Assembly: GCA_963763775.1 (NCBI GenBank)
Contig: CAVXPZ010000001.1
Coordinates: forward strand, 1,472,001-1,536,000
Direction: 5' to 3'
Source: an uncultured Chloroflexia bacterium
Lineage (GTDB): Bacteria > Chloroflexota > Limnocylindria > Limnocylindrales > CSP1-4
Length of the DNA stretch: 64,000 bases
A program made the position numbers and the translations under genes. Shown here one piece after another: positions 1 to 12,247 of this stretch. Below the pieces are notes generated by a model. That model made no database searches. It was not told the DNA's origin and saw only the letters and a list, made by a program, of their open reading frames with translations. Position 1 is the stretch's first letter. Each line of letters opens with the position of its first letter.

Positions 1-184
1 CGTGGGTCAGGAGGACGGCATCGAGCGTCGCCGGGTCGAAGGCGAACGGGACCCGGTTCCGGATCGACTCGTTCGGGGATCCCTGGAACATCCCGCAGTC
101 GATGAGCACCCTGGCCTGACCGGTCTCGAGCAGGTACTGCGACCCGGTCACGGTGGTCGCACCGCCGAGGAAGTGGAGGTCCAT
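1..184 (-). CDS. MBL-fold metallo-hydrolase (beta-CASP RNase-like), N-terminal part; runs off window
   Basis: Manual translation of - strand: MDLHFLGGATTVTGSQYLLETGQARVLIDCGMFQG...DAVLLTH, a typical MBL/beta-CASP N-terminus; not in the ORF track because it is truncated. Confidence 0.85.
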   Translation of the reverse strand, partial: MDLHFLGGATTVTGSQYLLETGQARVLIDCGMFQGSPNESIRNRVPFAFDPATLDAVLLTH

Positions 185-234
185 GCCGCGCATGGTGACA
201 GGGCAACGCGTCGGGCGCCGGGTAGCATCGCGTC

Positions 235-1765
235 ATGCAGCAGAGCCACGCATCGTTCGAGCGGCTCGAGGCCGACTGGCTGGCGCTGCGGCGCAGCTTC
301 GAGGCGCGGATCGTGAACGAGCACCGCGGCCTGCCGGTCGAGGACGACTATCCCGGACGGCGGCGCGCGTTCGACGCGGGCGCTCGGCGGCATCGACCCC
401 GATGGCCTCGACGACGAGGAGCGAGCCGGCCTTGCCTGCATCCGGTCGGCGCTCACGTTCTTCGACGAATGGCAGCCGATCGACGGCGCCGCCCAGGCCG
501 AGTCCGGGCCGCTGGAGTCGCCCGTGATGGCCGCGCTCCGGGCCGCCACGCTCGAGGCCTACGCGACCGCCTCGAGCTCGATCGAGGTCGGCGGCGAGAC
601 CGTCGACCGCCTGTCCGCGTTCGCGCGCCTGACCGTCGTCCCCGACGCGGCCGAGCGCCGGGCCATCTTCGAGGCGATGGCGCCGACGTGGCGATCCATC
701 GACGGCGACGGCCGGGCGATGAGCCCGTACCGCCAGCTCGTCACGGCGTCCGCGGAGCGGTTCGCGCGGGACGGCTCGGTCATCGACGCGAACACGGCCG
801 TCCTCGGGATCGCGCCGGCGGCACTCGAGCCGATGCTGCACCGCATCCTCGCCGCGGGGCGGCCGGTCATCGCGTCGGTCGCCGGCGTCCGGGCCGGGCA
901 GCGGGTCGAGCCCTGGGACTACCGCTACGTCACCGGCGCGGCCGACCGCCGGTTGCTGGCCGAGATCCCGGTCGAGCGCCTCCGGACCATCAACGACGCC
1001 CATCTCCGGGCACTGGGCGCCGACCCGGAGGTCCTGCGGATCGGCTACGACATCCGGCCGCGCCCGGGTCGTCCGCTCATCCCGGTGGCCTTCGCGACCG
1101 GCGGCGAGCCCGGTCCGTGGGTGTTCGCGACCTACTCCGACGGTGGCCTCGGCAATCTGCTGGAGCTGCTCCACGAGAGCGGGCACGCCCTCCACTACGC
1201 GGCGATCCGGACGCGACCGGCTTTCGGCGAAGCCCCGGCGGACTTCGCGGCGTTCTTCGAGGCCATCGCCGACGTCGTCGGCTGGGACGCCGACGAGCCC
1301 GCGTTCCAGGCGCACCATCTCGGGACGAGCGTCGAGCCCGCCGTCGCGGTGGTGTCCCGCTACGGCAGCGTGCTGCTCGATGTCTGCTGGGCCCTCTTCG
1401 AGATCGAGCTGCACCGCGCCCCCGGTCGGCGGCCGAACGACGTCTGGGCGGAGATCGTCGCGGACGGACTCGGCATCGAGCCGCATCCCGAGTGGTCGTG
1501 GTGGGCGGTCCGCGGCCAGCTGGTCGAGAACCCCGGCTACCTCGCGAACTACGGCCTGTCGGCGATCACGGCGGCCGCCCTTCGGGCACGGATCCGCGAG
1601 GTCCGCGGCGACTGGTCCACGGGCGACCCGGGCTGGTACGCCTTCGTGTCGGAACGCCTGCTGCGTTACGGCGGCGAGCGGGCGCCGGCGTCGCTCATCG
1701 CGGACCTGCTCGGTGGGCCGCTCACCGAAGAGCCGCTCCTCGCGGACCTGGCCCGAGCCGGCTGA
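235..1765 (+). CDS. Zincin metallopeptidase (M3/M32-like), frameshifted near ~390
   Basis: HESGH (HExxH) motif and downstream FFEAIA; ORF 235 N-terminus joins ORF 524..1765; TAGCAT -10 box 6 nt before ATG235. Confidence 0.6.
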
Positions 1766-1841
1766 CCGTCGGGCGACCCCCGGCCGCGACCCGCGATACG
1801 ATCGTGCGGCTGATCCGTACGGTCCCTGAGAGCGAGGTCAC

Positions 1842-2864
1842 GTGAAGAAGATCGGGTTCCTGTCCTTCGGGCACTGGTCGGAGGCGCCGTACTCGCAGGT
1901 GCGCTCCGGGGCGGACGCGCTCGTGCAGTCCATCGAACTCGCGGTCGCGGCCGAGGCGCTCGGCGCGGACGGCGCCTACTTCCGCGTCCATCACTTCGCC
2001 CGACAGCTCGCCTCGCCATTCCCGCTCCTGGCCGCCGTCGGGGCCCGGACCAGCCGCATCGAGATCGGCACGGCCGTCATCGACATGCGCTACGAGAACC
2101 CGTTCTACATGGCCGAGGACGCCGGGGCGGCAGACCTGATCGCGGGCGGCCGGCTCCAGCTGGGGATCAGCCGCGGCTCACCCGAGCAGGTCATCGACGG
2201 GTTCCGCTTCTTCGGCTACGTGCCGCCCGAGGGCGAGACCGACGCCGACATGGCGCGTCGGCACGCCCAGGTCTTCCTCGATCTGCTGCGCGGCGACGGG
2301 TTCGCCCCGCCGAACCCGCGACCGATGTTCGCCAACCCGCCCGGGCTGCTCCGCCTGGAGCCCTACTCGGCGGGCCTGCGCGAGCGGATCTGGTGGGGCG
2401 CCGCGACCGACGCGACGGCGGTCTGGGCCGCGGAGCTCGGCATGAACCTGCAGAGCTCGACCCTCAAGTTCGACGAGAGTGGCGAGCCGCTGCACATCCA
2501 GCAGCGCAAGCAGATCGAGGCCTACCGCGCGGCGTGGAAGGCCGCGGGGCACGAGCGAGAGCCCCGGGTCTCGGTCAGCCGCAGCATCTTCGCCCTCGTC
2601 GACGATCGCGACCGGGCGTACTTCGGCCACGAGACCAACGACCAGGACTCGATCGGGTACCTGGACGCCCAGACGCGGGCCGTCTTCGGGCGCTCGTACG
2701 CGGCCGAACCGGACGTGCTGGTCAAGCAGCTCGCCGACGACGAGGCCATCCAGGCTGCCGACACGCTCCTGCTGACGGTGCCGAACCAGCTCGGCGTGGA
2801 CTACAACGCCCACGCCATCGAGAGCATCCTGCGCTACGTGGCGCCCGACCTGGGCTGGCGCTGA
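1842..2864 (+). CDS. LLM-class flavin-dependent oxidoreductase (luciferase-like)
   Basis: [47 protein letters not shown] motifs. Confidence 0.9.
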   Translation: MKKIGFLSFGHWSEAPYSQVRSGADALVQSIELAVAAEALGADGAYFRVHHFARQLASPFPLLAAVGARTSRIEIGTAVIDMRYENPFYMAEDAGAADLIAGGRLQLGISRGSPEQVIDGFRFFGYVPPEGETDADMARRHAQVFLDLLRGDGFAPPNPRPMFANPPGLLRLEPYSAGLRERIWWGAATDATAVWAAELGMNLQSSTLKFDESGEPLHIQQRKQIEAYRAAWKAAGHEREPRVSVSRSIFALVDDRDRAYFGHETNDQDSIGYLDAQTRAVFGRSYAAEPDVLVKQLADDEAIQAADTLLLTVPNQLGVDYNAHAIESILRYVAPDLGWR

Positions 2865-2896
2865 ACCGCGCGCGCCGAGCGGCCGAGGCGGGCCGT

Positions 2897-4751
<1,855 letters not shown>

Positions 4752-4812
4752 GAGGCGGCCATTCTATCGCGCCGACGGCGCTTCCCCGCCCATCGCGCTA
4801 CCCTTGCCGGCG

Positions 4813-5802
4813 ATGCGTCCCCACCGTCTGCTGCTGGCCCTGGCCTCGGTCGCCCTCGTCGTCGCGGCGTGCGGCTCGAGCACCGCGCCGAGCCCGTCGG
4901 CGGCCACGGCCTCGGGCTCGGCGAACGCCCGCTGTGCGACCTCGCCGGAGCCGTCGTCGATGGACGGCTGGTCGGGCACCCAGCAGACGCCGACGGTCTT
5001 CCCGCTGCTGATCTCCGACCACATCACCTGCGGGCCGGCGCGGATCCTCCTGTCGCTGCTCGACTCGAAGAATGTCCCGGTCGCGGCGCCCGATCGCCCG
5101 CTGTCGGTGGCGTTCTACGACCTGGCGAAGGACCCGAACACCCCGGTCTCCACGGTCGACGGCACGTTCACCTGGGCCATCGAGGGCCAGCGCGGCCTCT
5201 ACATCCTCGACGCGGACCTGCCGACCGCCGGGATCTGGGGCGCCGAGATCCACACGCAGGCGCCGGGCGGCCCGCCCGAGACCATCCGCGCGACGCTCCA
5301 GGTCCTCGACAATTCGTCGGTGGTGAAGGTGGGCGACACGGCGCCCGCGAACCCGACGCCGACGCTCGCGGACGTGGGCGGTGACGTGACGAAGATCTCC
5401 ACCGACACGACCCCGGACAAGGCGTTCTACGAGACCTCGGTCGCCGACGCGCTCGCCGCGCACAAGCCGTTCATGCTGGTCTTCGCGACGCCCAAGTTCT
5501 GCACGAGCGCCCAGTGCGGCCCCACGCTCGACCGCCTCAAGCCGCTGGCCGCGGCGAACCCCGGTGTGACCTTCATCAACGTCGAGCCGTACCAGCTCCA
5601 CGACGTCGACGGCCAGCTCCAGCCGGTCCTCGACGCCAACGGGGCGCTCCAGGCCACGGATGTCACGAACGCCTGGGGCCTGTGGACGGAGCCGTGGATC
5701 TTCGCGGTGGACGGCAAGGGCGTCGTCCAGGGGTCCTACGAGCTCATCGCCACCGACGACGAGATCCAGCACGCGATCGACACGATCACGTCCGGGAGCT
5801 GA
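4813..5802 (+). CDS. Thioredoxin-fold lipoprotein with CxxxxC motif
   Basis: Lipobox VVAAC; FATPKFCTSAQCGP; TEPWIFAVD cis-Pro-like segment. Confidence 0.65.
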   Translation: MRPHRLLLALASVALVVAACGSSTAPSPSAATASGSANARCATSPEPSSMDGWSGTQQTPTVFPLLISDHITCGPARILLSLLDSKNVPVAAPDRPLSVAFYDLAKDPNTPVSTVDGTFTWAIEGQRGLYILDADLPTAGIWGAEIHTQAPGGPPETIRATLQVLDNSSVVKVGDTAPANPTPTLADVGGDVTKISTDTTPDKAFYETSVADALAAHKPFMLVFATPKFCTSAQCGPTLDRLKPLAAANPGVTFINVEPYQLHDVDGQLQPVLDANGALQATDVTNAWGLWTEPWIFAVDGKGVVQGSYELIATDDEIQHAIDTITSGS

Positions 5803-5808
5803 CGGGCC

Positions 5809-6177
5809 CTACGGCGCGGGTTCGTCCTCGAGGAAGATCGCCTGGTCGACCCCGTCCACCGTCCGGTAGTAGACGCGGACCGGCGATGCCGTCGTCATGT
5901 GCTCGCTCAAGTGCCCGGGCGGGAAGGCGACCCCGTTCTCGAGCTTGGTGAGCCCGAACGTGCGGACGCCGCCGCCGCTCGCGATCCGCAGGTCGAAGCT
6001 CCGGACGTCGGTCAGGGTCCGAGCATCCACGGCGACCACGACCCCGTCCGCGAACGACGCGTCCGACGGCGGGGACGGCGCCGCCCCGCTCCCGCCCAGC
6101 AGCAGGGCCGCGCCGCCGGTGAGCGCGATGACGACGACGAGGATGACCGCGAAGACGTTCCTGGTCCGCCGGTCCAC
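5809..6177 (-). CDS. Small membrane-anchored hypothetical protein
   Basis: N-terminal hydrophobic helix; directly follows pyrE on the same strand. Confidence 0.6.
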   Translation of the reverse strand: MDRRTRNVFAVILVVVIALTGGAALLLGGSGAAPSPPSDASFADGVVVAVDARTLTDVRSFDLRIASGGGVRTFGLTKLENGVAFPPGHLSEHMTTASPVRVYYRTVDGVDQAIFLEDEPAP

Positions 6178-6180
6178 GGA

Positions 6181-6855
6181 TCAGGCGCCGGTCCCGCTGC
6201 TGCCGGGGGCGTGGAGCGGGGTGCCGTCCGCGCACCGCGGGCACGTCGCTGCGCCCGGCTCATACGTCGGCAGGTCGAGCTGCCACAGCGAGCGCAGGGG
6301 GTAGACCCGGCCGGTCGTCGGCGACGTGAGCGTGGGCCGCCCCCCGCCGCGGTCCACGAGGACCGCGCACTCGATGATCTCGCCGCCCATGGCCTCGACC
6401 GCGGGGATCATCGCGAGCAGCGAGCCACCCGTGGTGAGGATGTCGTCGACGAGCAGGACGCGCTCGCCGGGCTCGATCCGGAAGCCGCGCCGGAACGCCC
6501 GACGGGTCGTGCCGTCGTCATCGTGGACCTCTTCGGCGAACAGGCTGCGGACACCGAGCTGTCGCGCGGTCTCGAAGGCGAGGATCACGCCGCCGGTCGT
6601 CGGCCCGGCCACGAGGTCCGCCATCGGGGCGCCGTCGTGGTCCCGCACGGCCTCGGCCCAGAAGGTGCAGAGCTCACTGGTCGCGGCCGGGTCGGAGAGG
6701 ACCGCGAACTTCTCGACGTAGGCGTCGCCGTGCCGTCCGCTCTTGAGCTGGAAATGGCCCTCGCGGAACGCGCCCGAGGCACGGAACAGCGCCTCGGTGC
6801 GCATCGCGATCGCGGTGCGCGCGGCGGCATCGATGGCCGGTCGGACGGTGGTCAC
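6181..6855 (-). CDS. pyrE: Orotate phosphoribosyltransferase
   Basis: GHFQLKSGRH, PRPP-binding VLLVDDILTTGGS; pyr context. Confidence 0.92.
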   Translation of the reverse strand: MTTVRPAIDAAARTAIAMRTEALFRASGAFREGHFQLKSGRHGDAYVEKFAVLSDPAATSELCTFWAEAVRDHDGAPMADLVAGPTTGGVILAFETARQLGVRSLFAEEVHDDDGTTRRAFRRGFRIEPGERVLLVDDILTTGGSLLAMIPAVEAMGGEIIECAVLVDRGGGRPTLTSPTTGRVYPLRSLWQLDLPTYEPGAATCPRCADGTPLHAPGSSGTGA

Positions 6856-6941
6856 CCGGTCAGTCTACCGGGCGGACCCGGTCGTGACCGGCGGGCGAGC
6901 CGTGCCGTCGGCGGACTAGACGATCGGCGGTCCCGCCGGGC

Positions 6942-7613
6942 TCAGAGTCGACCGAGCACGAGCTTCGTCAGCGCGTAGCGTTCCCCCGTGATGACGGTCG
7001 GGTCGTAGATCTCGCCGAAGATGGTCGTGGTGACCATCTCGTTGTCGTCGCCGAGGTCGACATGGATGGCCCCAAGGCCGATCCATGCCTCGGAGCCGAG
7101 GCCATCGACCTGGTCTACGGCGACACCCATGGCCTGCTTCTCCTCGGCGTAGCCGATCCATCCCTCGTCGAAGGTGATGCTGACGATCTGCGGGGTCGTG
7201 GCGGCGTAGTCCTTGAGGAGCCCATTGCCGTTCGTGACCGAGAACGAGCACGAGTTGTCCTCGTCGTCGTCGTTCGGGACCGGCTCGACGGTGCCGCCGA
7301 AGATCCCCTGGACGTCGGCCTCGGTGACCACGGAGCACGCGTCATCCGGTGGCGTCCGGCTGCCCGACGAGCCCGAACCGCCATCGGACGAGGCGGCGCT
7401 CGCGGGCGCCCCGGACGGGGCGCTGGACGACGAGATCGACGGCCCCGACGAGGCACCGCCGCCGCCGCCGCCGATCGCCTTGGCCGTCGGGGTGGGGCTC
7501 ACCACGACGCCACCGCCGCCGCCGCCCCCGCTGGCGCACGCCGCGACCAGGATCGGGATCACGAGGAGGACGGCGCGGATCGCCGAGGGCCGGTAGGGTC
7601 GGATCTTGGACAC
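6942..7613 (-). CDS. Lipoprotein with Gly/Ser linker (DUF3558-like)
   Basis: Lipobox LVAAC, low-complexity linker, DACSVVTEADV..C segment. Confidence 0.6.
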   Translation of the reverse strand: MSKIRPYRPSAIRAVLLVIPILVAACASGGGGGGGVVVSPTPTAKAIGGGGGGASSGPSISSSSAPSGAPASAASSDGGSGSSGSRTPPDDACSVVTEADVQGIFGGTVEPVPNDDDEDNSCSFSVTNGNGLLKDYAATTPQIVSITFDEGWIGYAEEKQAMGVAVDQVDGLGSEAWIGLGAIHVDLGDDNEMVTTTIFGEIYDPTVITGERYALTKLVLGRL

Positions 7614-7694
7614 GTGGGCCTCGCGTCGAGATGGAGCGACCTGTCGCGCGGATGATACCGCCCTGTCCGCAGCCCGCGAGGGGACCCGACACGG

Positions 7695-8834
7695 TCAGGG
7701 ACGGTACTCGACCCCCTTGGACGACGGCGTCGACGGGCGGCGCGGCAGGGCCGTCCCGATGAACGGCCGGTAGGACGGATGGCCGGCGCGCCGGCACGCG
7801 TCCGCCAGCTCGTCGACCAGGCGCACGGGCAACGTCGGGTCCGCGAAGATCGCGGTGCCCACCTGGACCGCCACCGCTCCGACCGCCAGGAAGTCCAGGA
7901 CGTCGGCGAGGTCGGTGACGCCGCCGATCGCGACCACCGGGATCTTCACCGCCTGCGCCGCCTCGTAGACGATCCGGAGCGCGACGGGCTTGACCGCCGG
8001 CCCCGACAGCCCGCCGTAGACGTTGCCGAGCAGCGGTCGGGCGCGGTCCGGCGCCACCGCGATCCCGGAGAGCGTGTTGATGGCCGTGAGGGCGTCCGCG
8101 CCGGCGTCCGCGATGGCCCGCGCGATCGGCCGGATGTCGGCGACATTCGGGGACAGCTTGACGAGGAGCGGCAGATCGGTGGCGCGGCGGACGGCCGCGG
8201 TGACCTCGCCGGCGGCGCCGGCATCGATGGCGAACTGGAGGCCGCCCTTCCCCACGTTCGGGCACGAGATGTTGAGCTCGATGCCGGCGATGCCCGGCAC
8301 GCCGTCGAGCCTCCGCGCCACCTCCACGTAGTCCTCGACGGACTCGCCGGCGACGTTGACGATCACCGGCACCCGCCAGCCGGTCCAGGTCTCGGCGTAC
8401 TTCTCGATGACCGCGTCCACCCCGGGGTTCTGGAGCCCGATCGAGTTGAGCATGCCGCCGGGGGTCTCGGTGACCCTGGGCGTGGGGTTGCCGATCCGCG
8501 GCCGCAGCGTCGTGCCCTTGCAGCAGATGGCACCGAGCCGGTCGACCTCGACCACGTCGCCGTACTCCACGCCATACCCGAACGTGCCGGACGCGACGAG
8601 GATCGGGTTCGGCAGGACCAGGCCGCGACCGAGGTCGACGGTCAGGTCGACCGCGGCTCCGGCCGCCATGGGCTCGGGACGCGCTGGCGGCCTCGTCGTC
8701 GAGGGCGAGCCGGACGGTGCCGGTCGCGACGGCGTGGCCGGCGTGATCGCCCCCTGGGTGCGGCGCGGCGTCGGCGTCCGGTGGGACCCGGCCGGGCGAC
8801 CCGTGCTGGTCACGACCCGCCGCTTCGGCTTCAT
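7695..8834 (-). CDS. pyrD: Dihydroorotate dehydrogenase, family 1B catalytic subunit
   Basis: ASGTFGYG, KGTT, NSIGLQNPG, ELNISCPNV, VKLSPN, GGLSG; start may be 8834 (overlaps upstream stop) or 8669. Confidence 0.93.
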   Translation of the reverse strand: MKPKRRVVTSTGRPAGSHRTPTPRRTQGAITPATPSRPAPSGSPSTTRPPARPEPMAAGAAVDLTVDLGRGLVLPNPILVASGTFGYGVEYGDVVEVDRLGAICCKGTTLRPRIGNPTPRVTETPGGMLNSIGLQNPGVDAVIEKYAETWTGWRVPVIVNVAGESVEDYVEVARRLDGVPGIAGIELNISCPNVGKGGLQFAIDAGAAGEVTAAVRRATDLPLLVKLSPNVADIRPIARAIADAGADALTAINTLSGIAVAPDRARPLLGNVYGGLSGPAVKPVALRIVYEAAQAVKIPVVAIGGVTDLADVLDFLAVGAVAVQVGTAIFADPTLPVRLVDELADACRRAGHPSYRPFIGTALPRRPSTPSSKGVEYRP

Positions 8835-9505
8835 CGGGTCGCTCGCCGCCAGGCGAAGGCCGTCAGGAAGACCCACGCGACGATCCCGATGATGAGGGCC
8901 CACTCGAGCGTCGGGACGATCCAGAACGCCCGCCGCTCGTCCGGTGCCGCCAGCCCGTCGCCCGTCAGGAGGCCCTCGGTCTGGAGCGAGACGAGGAAGC
9001 CGACGAACGCGACGACCGTGGCGGCCCCGATGGCCGCGAGCCAGCGCGGGAACCGCGGATCGGGATGGCGGACGAAGTCGATCGAGGCCAGCCCCACCAC
9101 GATCCACCCGAGGTTGAAGAACGTCAGCGCGACGAGGGCGTGCTTGTCGAGCTCGTTCATCGGGAAGATGCCGACCCCGGTGCCGGCGACGCCGGCGGCG
9201 ACGCCGAGGACCCCGTAGACGTACCGCAGTCGGCCGGTGCCGGTCACGGCGAGGCCGACCATGAAGACCGCGAACAGCAGCCCGCCGATGACCAGGCCGA
9301 GGTTGAAGACGGGCGCGAGCGCCGAGACGCCACGCTCCCCGAGCTCGCTGACCCAGTGGCTGAACGTGCTGTACGGCTCGCCCTCCGTGCCGCTGTACCG
9401 GAGCGCCGTGACCACCGAGCCGAGCGTGAGGATCGCGCCGCCGACGAGCCCGGCCCAGATCGCGGCGAGGTCAAGGGTCGTGCGCGGCGCACGCGTCAGC
9501 CCCAC
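8831..9505 (-). CDS. DUF998-like membrane protein
   Basis: Five hydrophobic segments; YS..HWVSELG, GIFP..H, EW motifs. Confidence 0.7.
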   Translation of the reverse strand: MGLTRAPRTTLDLAAIWAGLVGGAILTLGSVVTALRYSGTEGEPYSTFSHWVSELGERGVSALAPVFNLGLVIGGLLFAVFMVGLAVTGTGRLRYVYGVLGVAAGVAGTGVGIFPMNELDKHALVALTFFNLGWIVVGLASIDFVRHPDPRFPRWLAAIGAATVVAFVGFLVSLQTEGLLTGDGLAAPDERRAFWIVPTLEWALIIGIVAWVFLTAFAWRRATR

Positions 9506-10359
9506 GCGCCCTCCCAGACCAGTTCCTCGGCCGCGAAGACCGGCCCCTCGCGGCACACGCGCTGCGGGGTGCCCGTGACGCTCATCACGACGCAGCCCAG
9601 GCAGGCACCGACCGCGCAGCCCATGTTCTGCTCCATCGAGACCTGGAGGTAGGCCTTGCGACGGGCGGCGGGTGAGCCGATCGGGTCGCCCTTGCCGGCC
9701 CCGCGCTTGCGTCCCAGCTTCGCGACGCCGAGCCGGTCACGTCGACCGGCGGCCTGTCGGGCGAGCGCGGCGAGCATCGGTGCCGGGCCGCACGAGAACG
9801 CCTGGTCGGCCCATGCCTCGTAGTGCGGCACCAGCTCCGTCACGAAGCCGTGGTGGCCCAGCGATCCGTCATCGGTCGCGACGATGTACTCGACCTCGTC
9901 GGGGAGCAGGCTCGACGGATAGACCTCGCGCGCCGAGGCCGCCCCGAACAGCATCGTGACCTGGCGGCCGTCGCGGATCGCCTCATCGGCGAGCATCCGG
10001 ACGCCGGCCATGCCCAACCCGCCGGCGATCAGGAGCAGGTGCTGGCTGCGCGGATCGACCTCGAACGGCCGGCCGAGCGGCCCGAGCATGTCCACCGTGT
10101 CGCCGGGGCGCAGGCGCCGGAACCACTCGGTGCCACGCCCGATCACCCGGAAGTGGATCGTCACGATGCCGGTGGCGGCGTCGGTGGTGTTCAGCGAGAA
10201 CGGCCGGCGCAGCACCATCCCGGAGAAGTCGCCGGCCCGGACGTGGACGAACTGGCCGGCTCTCGAACCGGTCGCGATCTCCGGGGCATGGAACGCCTGG
10301 AGCCACTGGCCCGGCAGGATCTCCCGACTCTCGACCAGCTCCGCCGCCGCGAGGCGCAT
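9496..10359 (-). CDS. pyrK: Dihydroorotate dehydrogenase electron transfer subunit
   Basis: GQFVH, LRRPFS, GPLGRPF, AGGLG, [2Fe-2S] motif MGCAVGACLGC...CREGPVF. Confidence 0.9.
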   Translation of the reverse strand: MRLAAAELVESREILPGQWLQAFHAPEIATGSRAGQFVHVRAGDFSGMVLRRPFSLNTTDAATGIVTIHFRVIGRGTEWFRRLRPGDTVDMLGPLGRPFEVDPRSQHLLLIAGGLGMAGVRMLADEAIRDGRQVTMLFGAASAREVYPSSLLPDEVEYIVATDDGSLGHHGFVTELVPHYEAWADQAFSCGPAPMLAALARQAAGRRDRLGVAKLGRKRGAGKGDPIGSPAARRKAYLQVSMEQNMGCAVGACLGCVVMSVTGTPQRVCREGPVFAAEELVWEGAWG

Positions 10360-10361
10360 GC

Positions 10362-11240
10362 TCACGCGGTCGGCTCGCCCTCCGCCTCGTCGGCGGCCGC
10401 GTCGCGCGCGAGTTCCGGGGCCACGGTCGGGTACGCCTCGGCCAGCGAGTCCGCGAGGTCGCCGAAGACGTCGGTCGGGTCGTAGAACTCCACCAGCTCG
10501 TCGGCGCTCGTCAGGGTGCGCCACTCGCCGTCGGCATCCTCGGGGATGACCTCGGCGCGGAACGTGCCCTGGGCCGTGAGGCTCAGCCGCTCGTCGTCGT
10601 CGTCCACGATGATCAGCTCGCCGACGACGCCGCTCAGCCCGGTCGCGGCCGCCTCGAACTCCTCGAGGAGGCGCGCCTCGCTGCGCTGGCTCCGCTCCTG
10701 GTACTCGAGCGCGAGGTCGTAGAGGCGATGGGCGGCGGCCTCGTCGTCGTCCGCATCGAGTGGCACGGTCTGCCCGGCGGCCCACGAGTCGGCGGCGGCG
10801 GCGTACGGGTCCTCGCCGCCACTCAGGACCACGGTCTCCTCGGGCGCGATCCCGGCCGCGTCGAGGACGTCGCCCTCGGCGGTCGGCTCGGCCGTCATGC
10901 CGGCCGCCTCGCGGGCGGCTTCCGTGAACGCGGCGTAGATGTCAGCCGGGTTGTAGAGCTCGACGAGCTCGGACGCGTGCTCGATGACCTCGGTCTCGCT
11001 GACCCATTCGCCGGTCGCGTCGTCGAGGTAGCGGCTGCGGCTGCGGAACGTGAGGTCGGGCGCGATCGAGAGGTAGTCCGGCTCCTCGTCGATGAGGGTC
11101 AGGCCGCCGATGACCGCGATCCGCTCCTTGTGGCGGTCGAGGAACTTGCGCAGCTGTTCGGTCGCCTGGACCAGGGCGTCGGAACGTTCGAGCGCGGCAT
11201 CGGCCGCCAGCTCACCGAGCAGGTCGTTGTGGCCGTCCAT
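10362..11240 (-). CDS. Acidic hypothetical protein with internal domain duplication
   Basis: Clean ORF with GGAG RBS; two homologous segments ending ELVELYNPADIY and ELVEFYDPTDVF. Confidence 0.7.
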   Translation of the reverse strand: MDGHNDLLGELAADAALERSDALVQATEQLRKFLDRHKERIAVIGGLTLIDEEPDYLSIAPDLTFRSRSRYLDDATGEWVSETEVIEHASELVELYNPADIYAAFTEAAREAAGMTAEPTAEGDVLDAAGIAPEETVVLSGGEDPYAAAADSWAAGQTVPLDADDDEAAAHRLYDLALEYQERSQRSEARLLEEFEAAATGLSGVVGELIIVDDDDERLSLTAQGTFRAEVIPEDADGEWRTLTSADELVEFYDPTDVFGDLADSLAEAYPTVAPELARDAAADEAEGEPTA

Positions 11241-11312
11241 GGTCGTTCTCCCGTTCGGCTCGTCGCCTTGTGGTCGTGCGTCGCGTCGCATGCTCATCGG
11301 ATGCTCCTTGGG

Positions 11313-11639
11313 TCAGGGATGGTATTCGAGGTCGGGTCCCATCCGTTCACGCAGGAACATCGAGTGATGGCGCTCGAAGATCCATTCGCCGGCCCGATGG
11401 CCGAGCGCGCGCGTGGCTTCGTCCTTTTCCAGCTTGTCGAGGGTGGCGTAGTCCGGCAGGTCGAGCAGGATCACGTTGTCGAAGTCCCAGCCGTGCGCGA
11501 CGTTGTACCAGCCGATGAACTTGATGCCGAACCGCTCCTCGTAGTCCTTCACCTGCTTGGGGAAGATCGTGCGCATGAAGAACTTGAAGAACGGGTCGCG
11601 GCCGCGGCGGACGGAGAAGTAGGTCGCGAGCACGGGCAC
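11313..11639 (-). CDS. Small hypothetical protein (possible NIPSNAP/dimeric alpha+beta barrel)
   Basis: GAGGAGG RBS before GTG11639; FGIKFIGWY...DLPDYATLDK pattern. Confidence 0.6.
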   Translation of the reverse strand: MPVLATYFSVRRGRDPFFKFFMRTIFPKQVKDYEERFGIKFIGWYNVAHGWDFDNVILLDLPDYATLDKLEKDEATRALGHRAGEWIFERHHSMFLRERMGPDLEYHP

Positions 11640-11706
11640 GGCGGGCGATCCTCCTCGGCGAACGATCCGGGCGAACGGTCCGGGCCGGCTCGCGCCGTCC
11701 CGAGGC

Positions 11707-12198
11707 CTATTGTCGCACGGGGCCCCCATCGTCCGAGTCCGGGACCGCATCGGGTACCGCTCCTCCCGTGGCCGGCGCCTCCGCATCGGCCGCCTCTCCG
11801 GTGCGGGCCTCGTCCTCGAGCTCGCCGACGGTCCGGGTCTCGCTCGCGAGCGGTCGGCGTCGTCCGCGGCGGTCGGCGGACACGAGCCGGAGCAGGAAGA
11901 TGATCGTCTGCCCGGTCAGGAGGAGCAGCAGGATCACGGCGAACAGCAGGGCGGCGCTCGTCCACGCCGGCCACTCCCAGACGACGCTGAGCGGCGTGAG
12001 GATGATGAACACGACGAGGACGACGAGCTGGAACCGGAAGCAGCCGAGGCCGGGACCGCGCTCGGCGGCCAGCTCCTCGCCCTTGTACTGGACGGGTCCG
12101 GTCGGGCGGGGCCGGCGCGGCGGGGTCGGGTCGGCGGCGGGGTCCGGGGCGTCGGTGGGCGACGGGTCGGTCGACCCGGTCGGCGGTACGTCGGTCAC
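11707..12198 (-). CDS. Small two-TM membrane protein
   Basis: Two hydrophobic helices flanked by Pro-rich and acidic tails; start uncertain. Confidence 0.55.
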   Translation of the reverse strand: MTDVPPTGSTDPSPTDAPDPAADPTPPRRPRPTGPVQYKGEELAAERGPGLGCFRFQLVVLVVFIILTPLSVVWEWPAWTSAALLFAVILLLLLTGQTIIFLLRLVSADRRGRRRPLASETRTVGELEDEARTGEAADAEAPATGGAVPDAVPDSDDGGPVRQ

Positions 12199-12247
12199 GA
12201 GGGGCAACGATACGGGAGCGCCGCCGGATCCGCCTGTCGCGTGTCGC

